Shown: positions 1-9,640 of the stretch, piece after piece
How the letters are laid out: the number at the start of each line of letters is the position of its first letter
How positions within the stretch are numbered: the stretch's first letter is position 1
DNA from: Candidatus Uhrbacteria bacterium
GTDB lineage: Bacteria; Patescibacteriota; Patescibacteriia; UBA9934; GWF2-40-263
NCBI GenBank assembly: GCA_026395055.1
Contig: JAPLZK010000003.1
Location: forward strand, 278,379-342,378
Reading direction: 5' to 3'
Length of the DNA stretch: 64,000 nt
Made by a program: the position numbers and the translations under genes
Notes under the pieces: generated by a model
The model's database searches: none
Told to the model about the DNA's origin: nothing
Seen by the model: only the letters and a program-made list of their open reading frames with translations

Positions 1-42
1 ACCGCGCGCAATCTGAAGCTTAAGTTGCTTGAGCCAATCCAT
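1..42 (-). CDS. N-terminus of a gene truncated by the window edge (MDWLKQLKLQIARG...), possibly a Ycf46-like AAA+ ATPase
   Basis: ATG at 42 preceded by AAGGAG SD; lies directly downstream of the radical SAM gene; only 14 codons visible, so the product is inferred from context. Confidence 0.4.
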   Translation of the reverse strand, partial: MDWLKQLKLQIARG

Positions 43-118
43 GCAGACTCCTTTTGTAAAGAGACGACCTGACATCTGAAATCCTCATTCAAGGATCGCA
101 GATGAAAAGGGTGATGTG

Positions 119-724
119 TTAGACATCACCGAGTATTCCGGAAAGAGCGAGCGCCGCACGAAGGTGCGCATGATTCATGACACCAACGGCGCGTGTCTGT
201 TTTGGATCGATCACCAGTTCCATGTAGCGCTGTTCAAAATCCTCCACCTTGTATCGATCCGTGAGGAGATGCAGATGTTGATTTGAGGAGCCGCGAAGAG
301 GAAGCGATGTTGGACGTTGTCGAATGAACGGACCATCGATGAGGACATCCAAGGTTTCGAGAAGTTCTCGAGATCCATCTGGCGCATGTCCTTTTTCGAG
401 ATATCGTTTTGTGTATCCTGACCAAGACTGAATCGAAAGACCAAGCTCTCGACACGCCCGAGCAATAAACGCGAGCGCCTTTGCTTGTTCAAATGGTTCC
501 CCACCCGAGAAGCTCACGCCCTCAATCTGATGTTCAAATTTCATGCGCGTAATCCACTCGCACACTTCTTCAACCGTTGTCTCGGTTCGAACGGCGTGAT
601 CAAGATACTCGGGCGTAATACAACCAGAGCATAAAATCGAACAACCGCGAACCCAGAGAACCGAGCGTTTGCCCGGACCCATCGCCGAGGAAACTTCTTG
701 TTGTCCACCGAGGTTGAGGAGCAT
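119..724 (-). CDS. Radical SAM protein, NrdG/4Fe-4S single cluster-like
   Basis: CSILCSGC (CxxxCxxC), SFSGGEPFEQ, WSGYT, DVLIDGPF, LRGSSNQ motifs; ATG at 724 overlaps the upstream stop (TAATG). Confidence 0.85.
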   Translation of the reverse strand: MLLNLGGQQEVSSAMGPGKRSVLWVRGCSILCSGCITPEYLDHAVRTETTVEEVCEWITRMKFEHQIEGVSFSGGEPFEQAKALAFIARACRELGLSIQSWSGYTKRYLEKGHAPDGSRELLETLDVLIDGPFIRQRPTSLPLRGSSNQHLHLLTDRYKVEDFEQRYMELVIDPKQTRAVGVMNHAHLRAALALSGILGDV

Positions 725-939
725 TATCCCCCGCCTTTCTGACGCAACAGTTCCGGAATCGGAACCGCGCGCACAGGGTCGTGACTTCCGTTTGGTTTCA
801 TCTCCATGCCAAGGAAGGCAAATGCGGCACGCATGCGCGCATCCATCACCTTGCACTTCGTAGGATCCCGATGCTCCACATCAACAACCGTTTGGCCATC
901 TTTTGTGAGCATCACAATCACTTCATTGCGATCCGCCAT
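724..939 (-). CDS. DUF2997-like small protein
   Basis: 71 aa; VIVMLTKDGQTVVDV..C.......AFLG matches the DUF2997 pattern; GGAGG SD; coupled to both neighbours. Confidence 0.6.
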   Translation of the reverse strand: MADRNEVIVMLTKDGQTVVDVEHRDPTKCKVMDARMRAAFAFLGMEMKPNGSHDPVRAVPIPELLRQKGGG

Positions 940-940
940 G

Positions 941-1540
941 TTACACCTCCTCCTTCAAAGGAAAGCGCATGACAACGGTTCCCTCGTTTGTGGTCTTCAC
1001 TTCATCGGCGTCTGTACCGAGAAGCACTTGGAAGACGGCTTTCGTCATCCGTTCGCGATAGATTTCCTCGAGACGCGGTTGAGAAGCTGGCTTTGAATGA
1101 CGAACGTTGGGTTCCGTGGAAACGCGTGGACTGTAATCCCTCGCTTCCAAAAAATTCCCAAAGCATTCACAGGTTCCACGTTCTGAAACGACGATCCCAA
1201 GATCGATAACTTCTGCCTGCATCTCACCACGCAACCTAGCGCTGTATCCGGCCGGTTTGGTAACAAGCCCGATCAATTCGCTTTTGGCATCCATGGGAAA
1301 CAAATTTTGCGTCTCGACAATCTTCCGAGCTTCTTCGCCCTGAACAAATGTTCTGCCTTGTTCTTCGGCAAACTGCTGCATGGATTCACGCATCACATGC
1401 TTGCGAACAGAAACCCAATCGATCTTGCGCAATTCACGCGCGGCCTCTGGGTCTGATTGTGCAAGCGCATCTGCGACGGTCTGAACATCTTTCATGCCTT
1501 CAAAACAAAAGGCTTGTACGGCAATGCTTTGACTGGACAT
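941..1540 (-). CDS. DUF1257 (Ycf35)-like protein
   Basis: N-terminal MSS...D...ADAL and C-terminal RLEEIY...G....V.....GTVVMRF resemble DUF1257; GGAG SD; own promoter. Confidence 0.55.
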   Translation of the reverse strand: MSSQSIAVQAFCFEGMKDVQTVADALAQSDPEAARELRKIDWVSVRKHVMRESMQQFAEEQGRTFVQGEEARKIVETQNLFPMDAKSELIGLVTKPAGYSARLRGEMQAEVIDLGIVVSERGTCECFGNFLEARDYSPRVSTEPNVRHSKPASQPRLEEIYRERMTKAVFQVLLGTDADEVKTTNEGTVVMRFPLKEEV

Positions 1541-1573
1541 CTTATCTCCATTTCGCTCACACGAGCTCCTTTC

Positions 1574-1602
1574 TCATTATCAAATAAACCCCATTTGGTC
1601 AA
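1574..1602 (-). promoter_or_regulatory. sigma70-like promoter for the DUF1257/DUF2997/radical SAM operon
   Basis: TTGACC at 1602-1597 followed by TGATAAT. Confidence 0.5.
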
Positions 1603-1628
1603 TAAAAAAATCCTGCCGAAGACAGGAT
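1603..1628 (-). terminator. Intrinsic terminator after the WD40 gene
   Basis: ATCCTG-TCTTCGG-CAGGAT stem followed by a T-run on the minus strand. Confidence 0.7.
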
Positions 1629-1636
1629 ATGAGAGA

Positions 1637-2743
1637 TTAAACCGGCAACTCTTGAATGAACGTTGGTTCGGGACCGTTTCCAAAATTCGGTGAACCGAAG
1701 TCGAGGATAGACGGAGACAAATCACCATCGCGATTCTGTTCGGAGATTCGCTGAGCTTGCTCGGGCGAAAACGGCACGCCGCGTAAATCCTTCAGGGCAT
1801 CCATCAATATCGGCGAACCGAACCGACTTCCGTTCACCGCAAGGTAGCGCGCATCCTGAGAGACAGAGAACGATTGAATGTAGCCATGGAACGTTCCAAG
1901 CACAGAAATCATCTCGCCTGTCTTTGTGTTGAAAAAATAAATCAGATCTTTATCTCCCCCCACAACAAGGACACGACTATCCGCAGAAAGAGCGATTGCA
2001 TCAGAGAAGTGTGCGGGGAGATTGATTGCATTCAACACCTGAAGCTCAGGAAATGAAAGACGCTTGAGCGCGCCGCTTGATCCACCCACCACAATGAACT
2101 GACCGTCATAAGAAAACACAATGGATTCAATCCACCAATGATGAACCTCCACCAGTTTTGAAACCTCGAGCACGTCTCCCTCTTTGGTAAACGTGATGAT
2201 CGAGACAAACCCACTGCCAGTATCTTGCCCTTCCGACATCGAAACAACGGCAAGATTTTGGATCGGATGAAATGCAATGGCGCGCAGACAATGCGGAAAT
2301 GTAACGGCGGCAATGCGCCTGCCTGTCTTCACATGCCACGTCATCATCGTTTTGTCGTCACCTCCACATGAAACAAGAAATCCATGTGTCGGATGAAACG
2401 CGACGTAACGAACAGATGTTTCATGTCCAACAAGTCCGAGTGGTTCAACATCCATCTGATGTTCATCCGGTCCCCACAGAAGGACATGAGGCGATTGCGC
2501 TGCGACCGCAACGTATCCACCATCTGGCGAAATCGCGACTGCACGACCAAGCGCATGTGGACAACACGTCTTTGAAAATCGTCCGCCGGTTTTCAGATCC
2601 CAAAAGACCACTTCGCCTTCGTGCCCAACAGACACAAGACGATTCGACGCAAGATGCATCGCAATTCCCACAACAGGCGTTGTGTGTTCCCCGCGAAATA
2701 CTCGACTGCGCGGCGCTGTTACGATCAACGGTTTGTCTGACAT
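1637..2743 (-). CDS. WD40 repeat beta-propeller protein
   Basis: Repeated GH...V..VAFHP/SPDG...W units; GAGGAG SD before ATG 2743. Confidence 0.85.
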   Translation of the reverse strand: MSDKPLIVTAPRSRVFRGEHTTPVVGIAMHLASNRLVSVGHEGEVVFWDLKTGGRFSKTCCPHALGRAVAISPDGGYVAVAAQSPHVLLWGPDEHQMDVEPLGLVGHETSVRYVAFHPTHGFLVSCGGDDKTMMTWHVKTGRRIAAVTFPHCLRAIAFHPIQNLAVVSMSEGQDTGSGFVSIITFTKEGDVLEVSKLVEVHHWWIESIVFSYDGQFIVVGGSSGALKRLSFPELQVLNAINLPAHFSDAIALSADSRVLVVGGDKDLIYFFNTKTGEMISVLGTFHGYIQSFSVSQDARYLAVNGSRFGSPILMDALKDLRGVPFSPEQAQRISEQNRDGDLSPSILDFGSPNFGNGPEPTFIQELPV

Positions 2744-2834
2744 GACGTCTCCTCTCTGGAATGAGCCAGCAATGTTTACCAAATAAAAACAACGGAGTCA
2801 ATGCATGAACTCCGTTGTTTTCTCGAGCACTCTC

Positions 2835-3815
2835 TTAAAAATCGATCCCTTCTCGTGCTTTCACGCCAGAATAAAAATAATGTTTCTTGAGTCCAACCTC
2901 GCTGATCAAATGTGCGCGGTCACGAAATGCTTGTGGAACGTTTCTGCCAGTCAGCACAAGTTCTGTGTTCGCCGGTTTCTTCTTAAGAAGCACGAGTACA
3001 TCCTCGACGGCGATCATTCCGAGATCTGTCGTCGAGTTGATCTCATCCAGAACAATCAAATCATATCCTGCGTCAAACATCCGTTGTACCTCGAGAAGTC
3101 CGCGTACGGCTTCTGCCCGATCGACATCCTGAATCGAAAAATCAAATCGACCTGTAACAGGATCAATACGATCTCGGCCTGTGGCAACGAGATCGACGCC
3201 GAGATTTCGAAGAATATCGCGTTCGAAGTAATGTGACTCACCACCCTTATCGAAGTACACGACTCCAACTTTTTTTGCAGCACCAACGGCACGAACCATA
3301 AGCCCGGTCGCAGATGTTGTCTTTCCTTTTCCATTTCCGGTAATCACCTGGATAAGTCCAAACCCTTGATGGCCGATCAAATCGCGATCGTTTGCGATTT
3401 GAATTCCTTCGCTTGTGCGATACGCCTCGAGAGCACAACGAACCGCTTCGAACATGGGAATCGTCGTCTCTTGTCGCGGATCAATCCAAACATGTTCGGT
3501 GTGTTCTTCGGAAAGACGAATGGAAACGTCTCCGATCGGAATGAGATAAAAAATTCCAACAACCGCGTCGCGGTCGCCATCCTCAAATCGATAATGATCC
3601 GCGTAGAACGGTCGTGCTTTTGAAACATCAACATCAAGACCGAGTTCTTCTCGCAGTTCGCGTTGAAGCCCTTCGAGGAGGGTCTCCCCCGCATCCATGC
3701 GACCTCCAGGTGGTTCATACGAGGCATTTGCATCTTTGCCCGTATGACGAACAAACAGGATTTTCCCCTGTGGATTTACCAAAAATGCTTTATTGGAGAC
3801 AAATTTCTTTTCCAT
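2835..3815 (-). CDS. Fusion of NUDIX hydrolase and cob(I)alamin adenosyltransferase (BtuR/CobA/CobO family)
   Basis: NUDIX box GGRMDAGETLLEGLQRELREELG; C-half has TGNGKGKTTSA, YDLIVLDE, ELVLTGR, HYFYSGVKAREGIDF. Confidence 0.9.
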   Translation of the reverse strand: MEKKFVSNKAFLVNPQGKILFVRHTGKDANASYEPPGGRMDAGETLLEGLQRELREELGLDVDVSKARPFYADHYRFEDGDRDAVVGIFYLIPIGDVSIRLSEEHTEHVWIDPRQETTIPMFEAVRCALEAYRTSEGIQIANDRDLIGHQGFGLIQVITGNGKGKTTSATGLMVRAVGAAKKVGVVYFDKGGESHYFERDILRNLGVDLVATGRDRIDPVTGRFDFSIQDVDRAEAVRGLLEVQRMFDAGYDLIVLDEINSTTDLGMIAVEDVLVLLKKKPANTELVLTGRNVPQAFRDRAHLISEVGLKKHYFYSGVKAREGIDF

Positions 3816-3879
3816 AGGTGATTATGATAGCACACGAATCAGACAATAAAAAAAATCGATCATTTCTGATCGACTAAGC

Positions 3880-5166
3880 TTATCGCCAAAGAATCTGATT
3901 CCGTTCCGCGCCGACGCCGATACCGGAGACAACGGTTCCCGTTTGCTTTTCAATGAGCTCAATGTACGCACGAGCCGCGGCAGGCAGCTCCTTGTAATGT
4001 CGACAGTTCGACAAGTCTTCGTTCCATCCTGGCATGCGAAGCAAATGTGGCTTTGCGTTTTCAAGAACAGAACAGGTGAGCGTTGTGTAATCATCCACAT
4101 CGATGTAATGATCACACACAAACAAATCTTCTAGATCCGTGAGGATATCAAGCTTCGTGATGACAAATTCTTCGATTCCGCTAACGCGACGTGCTTGTCG
4201 AAGCGCTGGCAGATCAAGATATCCGCACCGACGTGGACGTCCCGTTGTTGTGCCAAACTCATGACCACGACGACGCAGTTCTTCCCCACGCTCGTCTTGC
4301 AATTCCGTTGGAAACGGTCCTGCACCAACGCGTGTGGGATATGCCTTTGCCACGCCGATCACACGATCAAACGTGTGCACACCAAACGTTGCCGATACAC
4401 CCGCAGACGTGCAGAGCGATGATGTCACAAACGGTCGCGAGCCATGATACGCGTCGAGCATAACACCTTGCGCACCTTCGAACAGAACGTTCTTGCCATC
4501 ATCGAGCGCGCGATGCACACAGGCACGCGTGTCGCCAATATGTGGAACGACCCGATCCGCAAAGGACATGAGCAAATCGATCGTGTCATCGAGATGCATC
4601 GGATGAACACGCACATCAACCTGTTCGATGCGAATTTGTTCTCCACGTACAAGCGACCACGCGCCGAACATTTCTTCCATGTACCTGCCGCGCGTAAGCA
4701 CGGCGCGGACGGAATCTGCAGAGCGCAAATCTCCGAGCGTCACACTACGACGCAACCAAAAGTCACTGTACGCAGGACCGATTCCACGTTTCGTGGAGCC
4801 AATCGCACGCGCACCAAGAGCGACTTCACGCACCGCATCCATCATACGATGGATCGGAAGTACAATGGGCGTTTGCTCGTCGAGCAAGACGCGCGAACCG
4901 AACTCACGCGCGAGCGCGAGTTCTTGCACAAGAACCTCCAGATCACACACCACACCTGGCCCGACAATGTTCATCTTGTCTTCGTGGCAGATACCACTCG
5001 GCAAAAGATGAAGCGCGATGGTCCGATCCCCAATGACAAGCGTATGTCCGGCATTGCCCCCGCCTTGAAAGCGCGCAACCACATGCGCGTCTTTTGCGAG
5101 GACATCCGAAATTTTGCCTTTTCCCTCATCGCCAAATTGGGCTCCGAGGATTACGATTGCTCCCAT
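3880..5166 (-). CDS. purA: Adenylosuccinate synthetase
   Basis: GAQFGDEGKGK, GGGNAGHT, GSTKRGIGPAY, EGAQG, TRVGAGPFPTE, GTTTGRPRRCG; AGGAGG SD before ATG 5166. Confidence 0.97.
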   Translation of the reverse strand: MGAIVILGAQFGDEGKGKISDVLAKDAHVVARFQGGGNAGHTLVIGDRTIALHLLPSGICHEDKMNIVGPGVVCDLEVLVQELALAREFGSRVLLDEQTPIVLPIHRMMDAVREVALGARAIGSTKRGIGPAYSDFWLRRSVTLGDLRSADSVRAVLTRGRYMEEMFGAWSLVRGEQIRIEQVDVRVHPMHLDDTIDLLMSFADRVVPHIGDTRACVHRALDDGKNVLFEGAQGVMLDAYHGSRPFVTSSLCTSAGVSATFGVHTFDRVIGVAKAYPTRVGAGPFPTELQDERGEELRRRGHEFGTTTGRPRRCGYLDLPALRQARRVSGIEEFVITKLDILTDLEDLFVCDHYIDVDDYTTLTCSVLENAKPHLLRMPGWNEDLSNCRHYKELPAAARAYIELIEKQTGTVVSGIGVGAERNQILWR

Positions 5167-5304
5167 GAGATTCCTCCTTGCACGCACAGAAAACAGGCGC
5201 GCCACATCGCAAGGTATCACAGGGTGGAAAAGACGGAAAGGGCGGTGAGCACGCTCAAAAAAAATAACGATACACCCCTAAATGGCGTATCGTTACACGG
5301 TCGT

Positions 5305-7956
5305 CTACACAATTGGCAAAGAGAAATAAACCGTCGTGCCCTTTCCTTCTTTTGACTCAAACCAAATTTTTCCTTTGTGTGCTTCAATAATGGATTTTGC
5401 AATATACAATCCAAGCCCTGTTCCATCTCCCGCATTGATCGCGTTGTCTGCCCGGAAAAACTTTTCAAAAATTTGAGACTGCTGATGTTTTGGAATGCCC
5501 ATTCCAAAATCCTGAACAGAGCAGCTTAATTGTCCAGTCTCTTTTTTACACGATAGATGAATCTTCCCTTTTGGCTGAGAGAACTTCACCGCATTGTTTA
5601 AAATATTTTGAAGAACCTGCTCTATTTTTGACCGATCCATCAAAATCAAATTTTTCTTGAGACAATTTGGATCCAATTGGATTTGAATCTGTTTCATCTC
5701 TGCAAGAACTCTTTGTTGATCCACAACTTGTTTGATCACTTCTGAAAAATCCTGTTTCTGAAAATCGATTTTGTATTTCCCCGCCTCATCGATGTGTGAA
5801 ACTTCAAGCAAATCATTCACAAGATTAATCATGCGTTGGTTGCTATGTGCGATTTGTCTGAGATACTCTTTTTGTTCCGCGTTCAATTTTCCCACATGTT
5901 CATTCAACAACAGCTCAGAAAACCATTTGATGCCCGTAAGAGGTGTGCGCAACTGATGAGAAGCAATGGAGACAAATTCGATACGCATCTTTTCAATTTT
6001 TTTCATGCGCGAAATATCACGCGCCATATAAGAACTTCCAACGAGTGCCCCGGAAGAATCAATCACAGGTGAAATCGTAATAAGTGCGTCAAGCAGTTCT
6101 CCATTTTTTTGCACCTGTTTCATTTCAAAATTCTCTATAACATCCCCCTGTCGAATTGCCTCTAGTATTTTTTCATTTTTCTCAAACTGATCTTTTGGAA
6201 TCAAAACGGAAATCGTTTTTCCAATCATTTCCTCGGACGTGTATCCATACAGATGCTCGGCGCCATAATTCCACGTCAATATTTTTCCACTCAGATCTTT
6301 TCCGATGATGGCATCTTGTGACGTACGAATCACGGACGCTAAATAGGAAAACACAGATCTGCGTTTAACCATCTGCAACATGAGCGTAAATCCAATCAAC
6401 AGCGTATAAAAACCAGTAATAAGCGATATTCCAAAAAGACGATAATAGCGAATTCTTTCTGCGGGAGTAAACGCGTATATTTTCCAACCATCGTCTGTTA
6501 CTTGCAGAGAGCTGATCAAAACAGATTGACCATTTTTTTTGACAACAGAATCGTCTGAAGGCCATTGTTCAAATAAGGGGTCGAAATCCGTTTTTGTATA
6601 CAGACGCTCCGTCTTAAGCTCCTCTTTTTTTTCAGAAGAGAGCGCAACAAAACTTTTTTCCACATCTTGCGGATCGCCACTTGCAAGCACGACGCCTTCT
6701 GGACTCACAAGAAGTGTGTGTTTGTTTTGAGTAAACGCATATTCTGTTGCATCCAAATTATTCTTGACAACGACAACACCAATGATCTGACCGAGTTCAT
6801 TTTTAACAGGTGCGAACGCATAATATCCTGGTCGATGACTCGTAATTCCATTTGCGAATAACCATCCAAGTTTTCCCATCATGGCATCTCTGAAATAGGG
6901 TCGAAAGGCATAATTTTTTCCAAGAAAACTATCTGACGCATTCCTGTTCGATGTTGCAAGAACGACTCCATTCGTATTCATCAGATAACAAACACTATCC
7001 CCAACTAAATTTTGATACGTATCTAATACAGCATTCACAGCGTCCATGCTTGGTTCTTTTCGCTCTAACACATCACGTACACCTGTTGTCTGTGCAAGAG
7101 AAAGAGCTGCATTATTTGCATCATGAATCGCATGTTGCAAACTAAACGAAAAAATATTCAAAGAATTTCTTGCTTCTGATACAGCCTCTGATTTTGCAAA
7201 ATTTCCCAATGAGCTGATAAAGAAAAAACTGGTGAGATAACTCAGAATAAAAAAGAGAGAAAACAAAACCAACGGGGTTATTTTCTTTGGTCTTTTTACC
7301 ATCGTTTTTTCTTGAGATAAGTCCTGTTTGACCAAATATTGATACTGAGACCAGATACCAAAAAAGAGACCCGTTAATAAAATGGATCGCAAAAATTCAA
7401 TCGTGAACCCTGTGGTTTTTTGAAACCAATTCACTCCTAAAGAAAATTCGGAAATGATATACGCAAAAACAGTTGCAAGAATAAGGTGAATGGCTCTGTT
7501 TGTTTTGTGCCCTTCTCTTTTGTAACGCAATAAAGTCAACCCACACAAAAACCCACCAAAAAAACCGAAGAGGTATCTTGTGGATTCACGAAACAAATCA
7601 AGATTGCCAAACCAAAGACTTGCGCCAAGGAGGGCGCCAATCGGAAGATACACCCACGCACCAAAGAATTTTTTGTTTTTCATCCCCCTTCTTCCGAACT
7701 CAAATAAGAACCCAAAACTCACAACATAAAAAATACCGATCAGCACGGACAACAAAGGAATGATTCCGAAAATGAATTGCATCAAGAGAAGCCATTGATA
7801 AACGCCGCGCAAAACAGCAAAGATCCCCAAGAGGACCCACGGAATTTTTCTTCGCTCAATATTCTGGATGAGAAAACAGATAAGACCAACAAAAAGAAAC
7901 GCGAGGCCGTAATAAAAAAGAATGAAATCCATCTGACTCTGGAAAAACGAGAACAT
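5305..7956 (-). CDS. Membrane sensor histidine kinase (multi-TM, dCache, PAS, HisKA, HATPase)
   Basis: YAFRPYF Cache motif; DAIIGKDLSGKILTWNYGAE PAS; SHQLRTPLT H-box; NILNNAVKF, DFGMG, GTGLGL. Confidence 0.93.
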   Translation of the reverse strand: MFSFFQSQMDFILFYYGLAFLFVGLICFLIQNIERRKIPWVLLGIFAVLRGVYQWLLLMQFIFGIIPLLSVLIGIFYVVSFGFLFEFGRRGMKNKKFFGAWVYLPIGALLGASLWFGNLDLFRESTRYLFGFFGGFLCGLTLLRYKREGHKTNRAIHLILATVFAYIISEFSLGVNWFQKTTGFTIEFLRSILLTGLFFGIWSQYQYLVKQDLSQEKTMVKRPKKITPLVLFSLFFILSYLTSFFFISSLGNFAKSEAVSEARNSLNIFSFSLQHAIHDANNAALSLAQTTGVRDVLERKEPSMDAVNAVLDTYQNLVGDSVCYLMNTNGVVLATSNRNASDSFLGKNYAFRPYFRDAMMGKLGWLFANGITSHRPGYYAFAPVKNELGQIIGVVVVKNNLDATEYAFTQNKHTLLVSPEGVVLASGDPQDVEKSFVALSSEKKEELKTERLYTKTDFDPLFEQWPSDDSVVKKNGQSVLISSLQVTDDGWKIYAFTPAERIRYYRLFGISLITGFYTLLIGFTLMLQMVKRRSVFSYLASVIRTSQDAIIGKDLSGKILTWNYGAEHLYGYTSEEMIGKTISVLIPKDQFEKNEKILEAIRQGDVIENFEMKQVQKNGELLDALITISPVIDSSGALVGSSYMARDISRMKKIEKMRIEFVSIASHQLRTPLTGIKWFSELLLNEHVGKLNAEQKEYLRQIAHSNQRMINLVNDLLEVSHIDEAGKYKIDFQKQDFSEVIKQVVDQQRVLAEMKQIQIQLDPNCLKKNLILMDRSKIEQVLQNILNNAVKFSQPKGKIHLSCKKETGQLSCSVQDFGMGIPKHQQSQIFEKFFRADNAINAGDGTGLGLYIAKSIIEAHKGKIWFESKEGKGTTVYFSLPIV

Positions 7957-7995
7957 AAAATAACGATGGAGAAAATAAAAAAAGACCGATGGTCA

Positions 7996-8490
7996 TCACA
8001 GACGTGACGACGCATCAATCTCTTGTGTAAAGGAAACGATTTCTTTTGGAACCAATGACTGCCAATCTCCGCCTGATTTCATTTTTTCTCTGATACCGGT
8101 TGCGGAAATTCCGGGGACTTCTTTAATGGGTTTTACGGGAACAACTCCTTCAAAACATTTTGCGGTCCACGCATTCCCTGTCCAAACAACATCTACCGGC
8201 CCGGTTTTTTCTAAAACTTTATTCCGCCATGCAGTGTCATCTGTTTCATCAGGAAGTTCTACGAAGTTGATGTCATACATGGGAATAAGATCTTTTCCCT
8301 GTAACGCGCGTTGCATCATTTCAATTCTCTCTTGGGCAGAAAAAGGATTCTCATTTGTATGGTGATCTTCTGAACTTCCAATCCCAATCCAAATTTTTCC
8401 ACAAAGTTTAGTCATTCCTTCAACGACAAGCATGTGTCCGTTATGAAACGGTTGAAAACGGCCAATAAAGAGTCCTGTTGGTTTTGCCAT
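7996..8490 (-). CDS. Nicotinamide-nucleotide adenylyltransferase (NadM/archaeal-type)
   Basis: FIGRFQPFHNGH, GIGSS, NPFS..ER, ISATGIR. Confidence 0.88.
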   Translation of the reverse strand: MAKPTGLFIGRFQPFHNGHMLVVEGMTKLCGKIWIGIGSSEDHHTNENPFSAQERIEMMQRALQGKDLIPMYDINFVELPDETDDTAWRNKVLEKTGPVDVVWTGNAWTAKCFEGVVPVKPIKEVPGISATGIREKMKSGGDWQSLVPKEIVSFTQEIDASSRL

Positions 8491-8575
8491 AAAAAATAAT
8501 TCACATCTAAGATACTAAAAGTATAGCGAAGTCTACCCAATTCATCAACCCAACAAAAATGAGCCAACGGATGGC

Positions 8576-9274
8576 TCAAAGTTTCCCTTCCCACGGAACT
8601 TCGTAGTCCGTTTCAGGGTCGTGGGTCATAATGAACTTGTCTCGTTTCACGTCCCATGCATTGCGGTAGACAAGGATGGAGGCGTTTGCGACCAACGCGT
8701 TTTTGTCATCGTAGCGCGTAATCGTTTCTTCCATGGACCAGCCGTGAACAATCGCCTGCCAAAGGAGAATCCACTGGGAGTGTCCAACAATCACAACAGT
8801 TTTTCCGGAGTAATTGAACTTCAAACTCCGACGAATATCGCGCACGCGCATTTCAACGTCCGGAATATTTTCTCCACCCTGAGGGCGATAATGGTACGGC
8901 CCCTGCGCATCCCGCCGCCGAATCTCCCACGGTGCAAGCTGCTGCACCTCTTCCTCAAACGCATCCGTCCACATTCCTCGATCACGTTCAGCGAGCCGAG
9001 CGTCCTCACGAATCTCGCGATCCGGATAGAGGAATTTAGCGGTTTCATTCGTGCGCGCGTAATACGATCGCAAAATCCGATCTGGGTTCGGAAACAGCTC
9101 ACGCACACGCTCGCCTGTGAGACGCGCTTGCTCGCGACCTCGAGGAGAAAGCTCATACATATTCGTTCCAACAGGAAAACGACGTTGCTCTTCCCTGGTT
9201 CGAATATTTCCAACAGATTCTGCATGGCGAACAAACACCACACAATTTGGATATGGGATCCTTGTATAATCCAT
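8576..9274 (-). CDS. Histidine phosphatase (phosphoglycerate mutase-like)
   Basis: FVRHAES, LSPRGREQA, RLAERDRG, GGEN, IVGH; GGAGGT SD. Confidence 0.9.
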   Translation of the reverse strand: MDYTRIPYPNCVVFVRHAESVGNIRTREEQRRFPVGTNMYELSPRGREQARLTGERVRELFPNPDRILRSYYARTNETAKFLYPDREIREDARLAERDRGMWTDAFEEEVQQLAPWEIRRRDAQGPYHYRPQGGENIPDVEMRVRDIRRSLKFNYSGKTVVIVGHSQWILLWQAIVHGWSMEETITRYDDKNALVANASILVYRNAWDVKRDKFIMTHDPETDYEVPWEGKL

Positions 9275-9399
9275 GGAACACCTCCTCGCTCTGAAATGAA
9301 CGAGAGGAAGTTGTATGGGAAAAAGAGCGATTCGTCAAGAGACAACCAACGATTGACTCAATCAAGAATCGTTGATATATTTCTCGCGTTAACAATCCT

Positions 9400-9473
9400 T
9401 CCCGAGTCGTCTAACGGCAGGACAACAGATTCTGGATCTGTTTATCGGGGTTCGAATCCCTGCTCGGGAACCA
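9400..9473 (+). tRNA. tRNA-Gln(CTG)
   Basis: TCCCGAG/CTCGGGA acceptor, ACAGA-TTCTGGA-TCTGT anticodon arm, TTCGAAT T-loop, encoded CCA. Confidence 0.95.
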
Positions 9474-9640
9474 ACAAAAAAACCCATTCTCGCAATGGGT
9501 TTTTTTGTTGGTTCCGCCCCGCGCGGCAGCGGGGCACAAATTATTCTCAATCGTCCATGAAGAATAATTTGTCGAGCAGGGATTTTGGGCGAGCGGAGAA
9601 AGTCCTTTATCCGCCATGGACTTTCAAGAGTGAGCCCAAT
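9474..9640. repeat. Terminator plus tRNA-antisense foldback element with nested hairpins
   Basis: 9494-9515 and 9573-9584 are reverse complements of 9455-9488, split by two inserted hairpins (9516-9572). Confidence 0.7.

Noticed and set aside
119-724. Calling the radical SAM gene nrdG
   Set aside because: No nrdD visible and the context is DUF1257/DUF2997-like
4444-5355. 303-aa plus-strand ORF
   Set aside because: Antisense shadow of purA, no motifs
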